Shown here: one piece after another, positions 48,376 to 57,277 of the stretch
Layout: each line of letters opens with the position of its first letter
Position numbering within the stretch: position 1 is the first letter of the stretch
Assembly: GCA_964638155.1 (NCBI GenBank)
Contig: CAZWYI010000010.1
Span: 1,305 to 65,304, forward strand
DNA length: 64,000 bases
Direction of reading: 5' to 3'
Source of the DNA: an uncultured Thermoplasmatales archaeon
Lineage (GTDB): Archaea > Thermoplasmatota > E2 > DHVEG-1
Program-made: the position numbers and the translations under genes
The notes under the pieces: generated by a model
What the model was told of the DNA's origin: nothing
The model's input: only the letters and a program-made list of their open reading frames with translations
Database searches by the model: none

Positions 48376-49071
48376 ATGAAACCAAGTGATCTTTACAAAA
48401 AACTAACAAAAATTTATGATAATTTAGAATGGTGGCCAATGGATCACAATTATCATAAAAAAAATAATACTGATCCAAGATTTGAAGTAATAATTGGTGC
48501 TATTCTTACCCAAAACACTAATTGGTCAAACGTGGAAAGAGCAATAAAAAATCTTAAACAAGAAGATAAGTTAGACATAGAGTCAATTCTAAACACAGAT
48601 TCTAAAGAAATAAAAGAACTGATTAAACCATCTGGTTTTTATAATCAAAAAGCGGGTAGAATAAAAAAAATTTGTAAATATCTATATGAAAAATATTCAC
48701 GAGATTTAAATCTTTTTTTTGATAAAGACATAAAAACTCTTAGAAAAGAACTCTTAAATATAAATGGAATAGGACCTGAAACAGCTGACTCAATTATTTT
48801 ATATGCAGCAGAAAAACCAATATTTGTAGTTGATGCTTATACAAAAAGATTATGCAAAAGACTACCTATAAACGTAGAAAAATCTTATGAAAAAATACAA
48901 AATTTTTTCCAAAAAAATTTATCAAAAAACTACAGTAAAAATCTAACAAAAATATACAATCAAATGCATGCTATGATTGTTGAACTTTCTAAAAATTATT
49001 GTAAGAAAAAACCATTATGTAAAAAATGTCCTATAAAAAAAGACTGTAGTTATTCCAAAAATCTATTTTAG
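48376..49071 (+). CDS. HhH-GPD superfamily base-excision repair protein, endonuclease III-related (COG2231-like) with C-terminal [4Fe-4S] loop
   Basis: AILTQNTNWSNVERA and INGIGPETADSIILYA HhH-GPD motifs. C-terminal CKKKPLCKKCPIKKDC cluster loop. ORF-track start 48367 is TTG; first ATG is 48376. Confidence 0.7.
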   Translation: MKPSDLYKKLTKIYDNLEWWPMDHNYHKKNNTDPRFEVIIGAILTQNTNWSNVERAIKNLKQEDKLDIESILNTDSKEIKELIKPSGFYNQKAGRIKKICKYLYEKYSRDLNLFFDKDIKTLRKELLNINGIGPETADSIILYAAEKPIFVVDAYTKRLCKRLPINVEKSYEKIQNFFQKNLSKNYSKNLTKIYNQMHAMIVELSKNYCKKKPLCKKCPIKKDCSYSKNLF

Positions 49072-50238
49072 AATTTCTTTTACTTTTTCTCCAACAACTT
49101 CAGCAGGAATATCAGGTAAGGAAATAAATTGTGTGGTACCAAGTTTTCCCTTACCAGATGGTTTTAAATAAATAAAACCAGCGTTTTCAACACCTTTTAA
49201 ATAATTCCAAAACATGGTATGAGACCTTGGTTTTTCACTGTATTCTTCACAAGTTACTCTATATGTTTTTTCTGCATCACCAGTGCTAGTATAAGCTGTT
49301 CCATCATTTTTTAATCTTTTAGCAATAGAATAAAGGGTTAATAATTCATGAAGTTTAAGATTTTTAAGTTTTGTTTCTGTGACAAACGAATATGTTTCTG
49401 CTTTTGCAGCACGCACATGCTCAGGTGTCACCATATCCATATGCTGATTATCACAGGCAATAGCTGCTTTTGAAAGTAGTTCAATTGCAAATCGTGCATC
49501 ACCCCATTCTGAAGAAATATCAGCTATCAAATTAAGACTATCTTCTTCTACAGTATTTGGATGAAAAGCTAAATTTGTTCTATCTTTTACTATATCAAAA
49601 AGCTCGTTTCTACTATATTTTTCAAGTGTTAAAACATTACTTCTTTTAAAAGTGCTAAGTGAAGAAGAATCAAGCCTTAAAAGAACATCTTTTTGAGAAA
49701 TTAAGATAAGTGAGATTGGTATTTTACCGGTTTGAGATTCATCAGAAAAACGAGTAAGATTATAGATTAAGTCTGACTCTTTTTTAAGAAGTGCATCTAC
49801 CTCATCAAGGACAACTAAGAGTTGAGCTTCTTTTCTTATAAGCTGTTTTTTTAAAACTTCCAGCATTTCATCAACTGAAAAGCCTCTATCTGGAAAACGT
49901 GGATCAAAATGATTAAGAATTCCAAGAAGGGCCATAGAATCAGTTGATCTTTTTCTACAGTTTATATGTACATATTCAATGTTAATTCCTTTTTTTCTTG
50001 CAATATTTCTAATAGTACTACAGAATTTTTTTGCAATAACTGTTTTACCTGATCCAACTGGTCCCTTTATAATAGCATTTTGTGAAACATTTGAAAGAAG
50101 GGGTTTAAACATTTGAGATAAATATTTTAGTTTATCATCCCGGTGGATAATATTCTCTGGAACGTAGTCAAAATCTAAGATATCTGGGTTTTTAACAACC
50201 GTTGCTGAGAGTAGTTCGTCCTCGATTATATTGCTCAT
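49063..50238 (-). CDS. cdc6: Orc1/Cdc6 replication initiator
   Basis: AAA+ Walker A KGPVGSGKTVIAKKF, Walker B LVVLDEVD, C-terminal winged helix. 391 aa. Confidence 0.9.
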   Translation of the reverse strand: MSNIIEDELLSATVVKNPDILDFDYVPENIIHRDDKLKYLSQMFKPLLSNVSQNAIIKGPVGSGKTVIAKKFCSTIRNIARKKGINIEYVHINCRKRSTDSMALLGILNHFDPRFPDRGFSVDEMLEVLKKQLIRKEAQLLVVLDEVDALLKKESDLIYNLTRFSDESQTGKIPISLILISQKDVLLRLDSSSLSTFKRSNVLTLEKYSRNELFDIVKDRTNLAFHPNTVEEDSLNLIADISSEWGDARFAIELLSKAAIACDNQHMDMVTPEHVRAAKAETYSFVTETKLKNLKLHELLTLYSIAKRLKNDGTAYTSTGDAEKTYRVTCEEYSEKPRSHTMFWNYLKGVENAGFIYLKPSGKGKLGTTQFISLPDIPAEVVGEKVKEILK

Positions 50239-50349
50239 TATTATTGTGTATAAAATTGCTGTTCATAAAACTTTATCCTAAAAAAATATAGAAAAACTAA
50301 GATTTTTCAATAAAGATTAAAAAAGAAAAAAGTGTTATAATTTTTTGTA

Positions 50350-51540
50350 ATGAACAAATACAGCAGTCAAAAAAAATCTTTAGAATTTCTAAAAAACAAG
50401 TTTTCAGAGTACTATAAAACAAATGAAATAGTACTGCCTGATCGTTTCAGCCGCCGTGAATATGCCTTTGTATATTACGGGAGAAAAGGAATGGTTAGAC
50501 ATATTGGTTTTAACAAAAAAACAGATTTTAAAAAATTTGTAAAAAAACAAGCACCTGCTCATGCATATTATTCTTCAGCCTATTATAAAATCCCTGATGC
50601 AGCAAAGATGCAGGATAAGGATTGGATGGGAGCTGAACTAATTTTTGATTTAGATTCAGATCATCTACCAGATGCAGAAAAATTAACATATGAAGAGCAG
50701 CTTGATTCAGTTAAAACAGAGTTTTTTAAACTTGTACATGATTTTTTGTTAAATGATTTTGGTTTTAATGAAAAATATATTGAACTATATTTCAGCGGTG
50801 GACGAGGTTATCACTGTCATGTAAAAGATCCGAAGATTCTATCACTAGACAGCAGTGAAAGACGTGAAATTGTTGATTATATAACAGGTAGAGATATACA
50901 TGATTCACTAGTTTTTAGAGAACATGTGACCGGAACAAAAAAATACGGTCAAAGACGCTATCCAAGCACAAAAAGCCTAAAAATGCCGTCTCCAGATAGC
51001 CCAGGTTGGAAAGGAAGAATCAGCAGAGGCATAATTGAGATAGTTGATGAAATAAAAAAAAGTGATGATCCATATAAAAAACTAAAAGAATACGGCGTAA
51101 ACAAAAAAGATTCTAAAAAACTTTTAGAGGATTTATCTGATGAAAGGATGAATAGAATTAAACAAGGAAACCTTGATCAAACAAAAACAATCCGTAAGTT
51201 TTTTTTAAATAATGCACTTAGAAAAACAGCTGTTTCTATGTCTGCTGGTGAAACAGATGAGCCAGTAACCTGTGATATTAAAAGACTTATTAGGCTACCC
51301 GGCTCGCTTCATGGAAAAACTGGTTTTAAGGTTGTAGAGATAACACTTGACTCTTTAGATGATTTTGATCCTTTAATAGATGCAGTAGTTTTTTCAGATG
51401 ATTTAGTTAAAGTAGAAATGCAGGATAAATCTAAAATTAAACTAAATAGTGAAGAATTTAGGCTTAGTAAAGGTGAACAAGAAATACCTGAATTTTTAGC
51501 TGTTTTTTTAGTAGCTAGAAGAATGGCAACAATAGCTTAG
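50350..51540 (+). CDS. priS: DNA primase small (catalytic) subunit PriS
   Basis: Archaeo-eukaryotic primase catalytic motif ELIFDLDSDH (DxD), plus conserved SGGRGYH. 396 aa. Divergent from cdc6. Confidence 0.85.
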   Translation: MNKYSSQKKSLEFLKNKFSEYYKTNEIVLPDRFSRREYAFVYYGRKGMVRHIGFNKKTDFKKFVKKQAPAHAYYSSAYYKIPDAAKMQDKDWMGAELIFDLDSDHLPDAEKLTYEEQLDSVKTEFFKLVHDFLLNDFGFNEKYIELYFSGGRGYHCHVKDPKILSLDSSERREIVDYITGRDIHDSLVFREHVTGTKKYGQRRYPSTKSLKMPSPDSPGWKGRISRGIIEIVDEIKKSDDPYKKLKEYGVNKKDSKKLLEDLSDERMNRIKQGNLDQTKTIRKFFLNNALRKTAVSMSAGETDEPVTCDIKRLIRLPGSLHGKTGFKVVEITLDSLDDFDPLIDAVVFSDDLVKVEMQDKSKIKLNSEEFRLSKGEQEIPEFLAVFLVARRMATIA

Positions 51541-52364
51541 CCTTTTAAAAAATCAAAAACTTTTTTATTAAATAAATCTGATTTTTCATAATGCATTCCA
51601 TGGGTTCCATCTTCAATTTTATAAAGTTTGGAGTTTGGAATTTTTTCAGCAAGTAAATCTGAAGAATTAGGAGGTAAAATTTTATCTTTTTTACCTGTTA
51701 TAACAAAAGTATCTGATTTTATTTTAGATAGATTATCTACCACATCATGGCGAAGTATTGCCCGAGTTTGTTTAATAAATGTTTCAAAATATCTAGGGTT
51801 TTTAGTCATATCATTAATAATATCTTCAATTAGGTTTTTATTTACCTTAATAAAACTATCACTAAAAACCTGTTTTAGAAAAAAACTAAACATTTTTTTT
51901 CCAAGTCTTCCACGTGGCTTAAGATTTATTATATCTTCATCTTTAAAATCAGCTAAATCTTTCAATCCTTTTTTTATAGTATCTAATACATTTCTTTCAG
52001 GCCTGGCAGATGTAGAAGAGAGAACTAATTTATCAACAATTTCAGGATATTTAATAGCTATTTGTTGAGAGATCATGCCACCCATTGAGCTACCTAAAAT
52101 ATGAGTTTTTTCTAGTTTTAAATAGTCAATTAAAGCCTTTGTATCATCAGCCATCATCTCAATAGAATATGGACCTATTGTTCCAGTGCTTTTTCCTATA
52201 CCTCTATTGTCAAATACAATTACTTTAAAATATTCCTGAAAAAAAGGTATCTGAAAAATCCATGTTCTGTGATCAACACCTAACCCCGATATTAAAACTA
52301 ATGGTTTACCCTGGCCAATCACATGATAATTTATTTTTATTTTTCCAATATTAACTAATGGCAT
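51537..52364 (-). CDS. Alpha/beta-fold hydrolase
   Basis: Nucleophile elbow GSSMGG, HGxP-like oxyanion region, C-terminal His. 275 aa. Confidence 0.75.
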   Translation of the reverse strand: MPLVNIGKIKINYHVIGQGKPLVLISGLGVDHRTWIFQIPFFQEYFKVIVFDNRGIGKSTGTIGPYSIEMMADDTKALIDYLKLEKTHILGSSMGGMISQQIAIKYPEIVDKLVLSSTSARPERNVLDTIKKGLKDLADFKDEDIINLKPRGRLGKKMFSFFLKQVFSDSFIKVNKNLIEDIINDMTKNPRYFETFIKQTRAILRHDVVDNLSKIKSDTFVITGKKDKILPPNSSDLLAEKIPNSKLYKIEDGTHGMHYEKSDLFNKKVFDFLKG

Positions 52365-52441
52365 ACAATTAAACTCCTCAAATTAAATACGCTATCGAAA
52401 ATCTATATAAAAATATTGGTCATACAAGATAGTTAGAAAAT

Positions 52442-53056
52442 ATGGATGAAGAAGATATAAACTATAGATTTTTAAGAAAGATTCAGCAGCTGGAAAAAAA
52501 ATCACCAAAATTATCAGATATAACAGATGATTTCTACAGTGAAGTTTTAGACTATATTAAAGATTTAGATAAAAGACTAAAAAACGAAGATTCAAAACAA
52601 AAACAAAGAATCTTAGAAGAAGAAATAGATAATACAAAAAAGATATTTTTTAGTGTTTATGAATTTAGAGAAAAAAAGATTATTCTAGCAGCTATGTCAA
52701 AAGCCAGAAGCGGAAAACCCGCTGTTGAAAATATGATTGATAGTGAAAAAGAATTATTCAATAATGTTTTAGAAACAATTAAAAATTCTAGAGAAAAAAA
52801 TTTATCAAAAAAAAATGAAACAAAAGTTAAAGAAGAGGAAAAAATAGAAAAAAAAGAAGAAAAAGGCAATAACAACGATTTAAAACAAAAAGGAAAAGAT
52901 TTAAATCCAATAGTAAGAGTAAAAAAAGATATTCCTGAATTTGTTGGAACAGATAAAAAGAAATATAAGTTAAAAAAAGACGATGTTTTAACAATATCAG
53001 AAGACATGTGTGATATGCTCTCAAAAAGAAAAGCATGTGAAAAAATTGAAATTTAA
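52442..53056 (+). CDS. Putative GINS subunit (Gins51/Gins15-like)
   Basis: 204 aa. N-terminal helical A-domain pattern (L..L...E..S..L.DITDDFY...LDYI) and C-terminal B-domain-like IVRVKKDIPEFVGTDKKKYKLKKDDVLTI resemble archaeal Gins51. Sits beside priS as in other archaea. Confidence 0.5.
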   Translation: MDEEDINYRFLRKIQQLEKKSPKLSDITDDFYSEVLDYIKDLDKRLKNEDSKQKQRILEEEIDNTKKIFFSVYEFREKKIILAAMSKARSGKPAVENMIDSEKELFNNVLETIKNSREKNLSKKNETKVKEEEKIEKKEEKGNNNDLKQKGKDLNPIVRVKKDIPEFVGTDKKKYKLKKDDVLTISEDMCDMLSKRKACEKIEI

Positions 53057-53130
53057 GATAACATTATACTTTATATATCACCTCCATATTACGTCTTCAC
53101 TCTGGTATTAAATAATTAAAGGAGTTTAGT

Positions 53131-53412
53131 ATGAAAAAACCAAGGAAAATCAAAAGATACTGTCCAAAATGCAAAAAACATACCATTCATGAAGTACACA
53201 AAATAAAAAAGAGAAAAGCAAGTGAATTTAAACAAGGACAAAGACGTTTCAGAAGAGTTATGAGAGGATACCGAGGTTTTCCAAGGCCAAAACCTGAGGG
53301 AAGAGAAAAAACAAGTAGAAGGGCAAACTTAAAATATACTTGTACAGAATGTAAAAAAAGTACTCAACCAGCAAGCATAAGAGCTAAAAAAGTTGAGGTG
53401 AGCGAAAGATGA
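53131..53412 (+). CDS. rpl44e: 50S ribosomal protein L44e (eL42)
   Basis: Zinc-ribbon CPKCKKHT...CTECKK and KKxK-rich sequence characteristic of L44e. 93 aa. Confidence 0.9.
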   Translation: MKKPRKIKRYCPKCKKHTIHEVHKIKKRKASEFKQGQRRFRRVMRGYRGFPRPKPEGREKTSRRANLKYTCTECKKSTQPASIRAKKVEVSER

Positions 53413-53585
53413 GAGAAACTAAAAGCAAATTTATAAAGGTTCGTTGTAAAGACTGTGAAAACGAACAAATTCTTTTCAACAATGCATCTACTACAGTTTC
53501 ATGTCATATATGTGGAAGTAAACTTGCTGTTCCAAAAGGCGGTAGAGCAAAAATAAAAGGCGAGATTTTAGAAGTAATTGAATAA
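53409..53585 (+). CDS. rps27e: 30S ribosomal protein S27e (58 aa; not in the supplied ORF track)
   Basis: ATG at 53409 overlaps the L44e stop (ATGA). Translates to MRETKSKFIKVRCKDCENEQILFNNASTTVSCHICGSKLAVPKGGRAKIKGEILEVIE with the C4 zinc finger of S27e. TAA at 53583-53585. Confidence 0.85.
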   Translation: MRETKSKFIKVRCKDCENEQILFNNASTTVSCHICGSKLAVPKGGRAKIKGEILEVIE

Positions 53586-53605
53586 AAATCACAGGTTTTA
53601 TTAAT

Positions 53606-54403
53606 ATGGAAAATAAAACAAAAAAAGATTATCCTGAGGAAGGAGAGCTAATTGTAGGCACAGTAAAAAATGTACAAAATTTTGGTGCATTTATACTTTT
53701 AGATGAGTATCCTGGTAGAGAAGGATTTATTCATATTGCAGAAATAGCTACAGGATGGGTAAAAAGAATAAGAAACCATATTAAAGAAAAACAAAAAGTT
53801 GTATGTAAAGTTTTAAATGTTGATACTCAAAAAGACCATATTGATTTATCATTGAAAAGAGTAAATGAACATCAAAAGCGAGATAAAATACAGGAATGGA
53901 AAAATTCTCAAAAAGCAGAAAAACTTTTAGAGATGGTTGCAAAAAAATTAGATATAACACTTGATCAAGCATACTCCCAATTTGGTAATAAGCTAAAAGA
54001 CAGATATGGTACACTTTATACTGCTTTTGAAGAAGCAGCATTTGATATAGAAACGCTAAAAAAAGACGGATTTAAAGGCCCATGGTTAGATGCATTTAAA
54101 GAAATAGCTAACCAAAATATAACCATACCTTTTGTAGATATCAAGGGTTATGTTGATGTACAATCTTTTCTACCTGATGGATTAAAACATATAAAAGAAG
54201 CACTTTCTGATGGTGAACAAACAAAGTTTGAAGATGTTGAGATAACAATAAAATATATTGGAGCACCACATTATAGTATTAATGTTAAAGCACCTGACTA
54301 CAAAATTGCTGAAAACGAACTTAAAAAAGCAGTAGAAAAGATTCAAGCAAATATCGAAAAACATGATGGAATCTGTAAATTCCATAGAAAACTTGAGGAT
54401 TAA
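53606..54403 (+). CDS. eif2a: Translation initiation factor aIF2 alpha subunit
   Basis: N-terminal S1 domain GELIVGTVKNVQNFGAFILLDEYPGREGFIHIAEI followed by helical and alpha/beta domains. 265 aa. Confidence 0.9.
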   Translation: MENKTKKDYPEEGELIVGTVKNVQNFGAFILLDEYPGREGFIHIAEIATGWVKRIRNHIKEKQKVVCKVLNVDTQKDHIDLSLKRVNEHQKRDKIQEWKNSQKAEKLLEMVAKKLDITLDQAYSQFGNKLKDRYGTLYTAFEEAAFDIETLKKDGFKGPWLDAFKEIANQNITIPFVDIKGYVDVQSFLPDGLKHIKEALSDGEQTKFEDVEITIKYIGAPHYSINVKAPDYKIAENELKKAVEKIQANIEKHDGICKFHRKLED

Positions 54404-54568
54404 ATGCCTGATATATTCTATTGTAAAAACTGTAAAACCTATACTTTAAAAAAGATTTGTGATAACTGCATGGGAAAAACTATTTCAAAAAATCCCCCCA
54501 GGTTTTCAATACAAGATCATTATGGTAAATATAGAAGAAAACTTAAAAGACTAGAAAATAAGAGTTGA
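54404..54568 (+). CDS. nop10: H/ACA ribonucleoprotein subunit Nop10 (54 aa; not in the supplied ORF track)
   Basis: ATG at 54404 immediately after the eIF2a stop. MPDIFYCKNCKTYTLKKICDNCMGKTISKNPPRFSIQDHYGKYRRKLK matches the Nop10 zinc ribbon + PPRFS motif. TGA at 54566-54568. Confidence 0.8.
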   Translation: MPDIFYCKNCKTYTLKKICDNCMGKTISKNPPRFSIQDHYGKYRRKLKRLENKS

Positions 54569-54574
54569 TAAAAT

Positions 54575-55339
54575 ATGGATTACGTATCTGTAAGATATAT
54601 AGATAAAAAACCCAAGCTAAAAAAACCTATTCTAATCGAAGGATTACCAGGTATTGGAAATGTCGGTAAGCTTGCTGTCGAGCATTTAATAGATACAATC
54701 AATGCTAAAAAATTTGCAGAACTACATTGTAAAGACTTTCCACCACAGGTTTTTATAAACCCTGATGGCACAATAGAATTAGTAAATAATGAGTTCTACT
54801 ATTATAAAGCTAAAAACAAAAAACAAAGAGATATGATACTTATAACTGGTGACTACCAAGGTCTTTCATCACAAGGACAATACGAACTTGTTGAAAAAAT
54901 ACTAGATATATCAGAAGAATTTGATATACAAGAACTATTCACCTTAGGTGGATATGGACTCGGCCATGATATTCAAAAGCCAAAGGTGCTATGTGCTACA
55001 ACAGATAAAAGTTTAGTAAAAGAAATGAAAAAACATGGAGCAGTATTTAAGAAAAATGAACCAGGCGGTGGAATAGTTGGCGCAAGTGGTCTTTTACTTG
55101 GACTTGGGAAAATTAGAGGACTTAAAGGCACCTGCTTTATGGGTGAAACACCAGGTTATTTGGTTGATCCAAAGAGCGCTAAAGCGGTATTAAAAATACT
55201 TGCAAAAATAACAAACATTAAAGTTGATCTATCTGCCTTAGAAGAAAAAGCAAAAGAAATCGAGCATATTGCACATCAACTAAAAGAAATGGAAAATATA
55301 TCAAAAGAAAAAACAGAAGAACTAAAATATATAGGTTAA
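54575..55339 (+). CDS. PAC2-family proteasome assembly chaperone
   Basis: IEGLPGIGNVGKLAVEHLI N-terminal motif of the PAC2 family. Conserved position after eIF2a-nop10. 254 aa. Confidence 0.75.
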   Translation: MDYVSVRYIDKKPKLKKPILIEGLPGIGNVGKLAVEHLIDTINAKKFAELHCKDFPPQVFINPDGTIELVNNEFYYYKAKNKKQRDMILITGDYQGLSSQGQYELVEKILDISEEFDIQELFTLGGYGLGHDIQKPKVLCATTDKSLVKEMKKHGAVFKKNEPGGGIVGASGLLLGLGKIRGLKGTCFMGETPGYLVDPKSAKAVLKILAKITNIKVDLSALEEKAKEIEHIAHQLKEMENISKEKTEELKYIG

Positions 55340-55347
55340 AAAAATTT

Positions 55348-55764
55348 TTAAATAAATTTTATTTCTGATGCAATCAATTCTACAATTGGCGGACCTATCT
55401 CACTGATATCAACTAATTCTCCAGAGACAGCATAATTGTTGCCGGTTGTAAAGTTTTCTAATGTATTATTATCAACAATGTTTTCAAGATTTAATAAAAG
55501 CATTTCATCGGGATTAGGTTTAGCAGTAGTTGTAACCGCAGGTATTAAATAATCATCATCACCAGATGTATAATACACTCCTTTTACTGTGATTTCTTTA
55601 CCTATGTAGTTTTCTTTATTTCTAATTACCTCACCTACAGATAAATATTTTTCAGGACCTGTCGGCGGGTTTAAAGCAATATATGCTATACCTAGGATAA
55701 CTAAGATTACGATTACTATATATATAAAAGTTCTTGGTTGAATTTTTGGTTTTTTTACAGCCAT
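55348..55764 (-). CDS. Hypothetical N-terminally anchored membrane protein
   Basis: ORF with one TM (FIYIVIVILVILGIAYIAL). Confidence 0.3.
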   Translation of the reverse strand: MAVKKPKIQPRTFIYIVIVILVILGIAYIALNPPTGPEKYLSVGEVIRNKENYIGKEITVKGVYYTSGDDDYLIPAVTTTAKPNPDEMLLLNLENIVDNNTLENFTTGNNYAVSGELVDISEIGPPIVELIASEIKFI

Positions 55765-55811
55765 AACATCCTACCTCTAACAAAACTAAAATAAAAAACT
55801 TGTTAATAACC

Positions 55812-56660
55812 CTATCCATCTAAACAAATATTATATGTATTTTCAGGGTTTTCTTTATGGATAATATTAGCCTCATCACAAGTTAAAAGTCCTTTTTCAA
55901 TGAAATCTTTTGTTCTTTTAGGAACAGTTTTAGGCCCAAGTACCGCTCCTGGTCTTTTTAAATCATCAATGTAATCTGTCTCCATCATGAAACGCGTACC
56001 TTTACCTAATGCTTTTCTAATATTTTTTTTAGATGCAAGAACAGACGGCATAAGACCATAGTTTTCCTCTTCTAAAACAAATGGTGGAGAAAAATGTTTA
56101 ACAATCTTATCTGGTTTTAACCCAACTTTTTTACCCATTTCTACAAATTCTTTACAGTTTTCTTTGGTAGTTGACTCAGTATGTAAAACTACTGGAACAT
56201 TAATTTCTTTAGCAATTTTCATACCATATGAAAGAATAAGGTCGGAATCATCAATTACCTGTTTATTACATTCAAAATGAGGTCTTCCTATTTCACCAAT
56301 TCCAATGCAAATATCATATTCTTGGCACAATTCAGCTGCTTCATCCATACCTTTCTTCATAATATCAATTGTTTTTTTTATTCCAAATTTTTTAGAAAGC
56401 GCTAAGTAATCTACAGGATAAGGACCTACTGTTACAAAAACTCCTACATCAATTTTTTTACTAATTTCATGTGCCATATCTAGGGTAATCTTGTAACAAC
56501 TAAGGTAGCTTTTTTCTTCAATTACTTTTTCAACCATAGGATATTGACATAATACAAAATGAGTTCCACCTGCTTTTTTGAAATCTTTAATTGCATCAAG
56601 ATATCTTCCATCTTTTCTTAGATGCAGATGGTTGTCAAAAATTATCAATAAATAATACAC
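55812..56660 (-). CDS. TatD-related metal-dependent hydrolase (TIM-barrel, COG1099-like)
   Basis: FDNHLHL, GEIGRPHF, VLHTES and METDYI blocks in TatD-family order. 282 aa. Confidence 0.5.
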   Translation of the reverse strand: MYYLLIIFDNHLHLRKDGRYLDAIKDFKKAGGTHFVLCQYPMVEKVIEEKSYLSCYKITLDMAHEISKKIDVGVFVTVGPYPVDYLALSKKFGIKKTIDIMKKGMDEAAELCQEYDICIGIGEIGRPHFECNKQVIDDSDLILSYGMKIAKEINVPVVLHTESTTKENCKEFVEMGKKVGLKPDKIVKHFSPPFVLEEENYGLMPSVLASKKNIRKALGKGTRFMMETDYIDDLKRPGAVLGPKTVPKRTKDFIEKGLLTCDEANIIHKENPENTYNICLDG

Positions 56661-56711
56661 CTCAGACTATTCAATTCTTGAAATTTATTAGAATAAACAA
56701 AAAGATGTTTT

Positions 56712-57071
56712 TTAAAATTTATTGTTTTTTTTGTATTTTCTTACATAATATGAGTAACCTTTTGCAGATATATCTTCTTCTTTTCCGGTTATCATCTCAA
56801 TTATTGCCTGAGCTAATAGCCATCCAAAATAACCCATAAAAAACGTAAAAAAACCAGCTATACTATATCCTAATATAACCTGCATATAATTTTGACCGCC
56901 AGTTACAAACAATACAAATATACCTATTGTTATAAATAAGAAAATTAAAAGAAAAACCCATCTCAATGCATGCATAGTTAATTTCACTGTTTTACTAGGT
57001 AATTCTTCCAATGATATTTTTTTGTCAAAAAGTTTTGATATATTATTCTGTTTAAATTTATTCCTATGCAT
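56712..57071 (-). CDS. Hypothetical small membrane protein (3 TM)
   Basis: ORF only. Confidence 0.3.
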   Translation of the reverse strand: MHRNKFKQNNISKLFDKKISLEELPSKTVKLTMHALRWVFLLIFLFITIGIFVLFVTGGQNYMQVILGYSIAGFFTFFMGYFGWLLAQAIIEMITGKEEDISAKGYSYYVRKYKKNNKF

Positions 57072-57277
57072 TTTTTCCCTCCTAGATACTCAAAATTATT
57101 GTTAATAGAGCAATCCCGATTAGAGTAACATAATGTAAAGATCTAAGGCTTTAAAAGATTAGTTTGTATCTAATAATGCAGATACACTGCATTTGCATAT
57201 GCACATAACTAAATAAGGCTTACATTTTAAAAAATTTTATAAGAAAACATGTGATTTGCACTTTTGAAGGAGAGTCA

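Noticed and set aside
57251-57277. GTG start at 57251 given by the ORF track
   Set aside because: In-frame ATG at 57278 with GGAGAG 6-8 nt upstream is a more plausible initiation site. The N-terminal 9 residues from the GTG are probably not translated.
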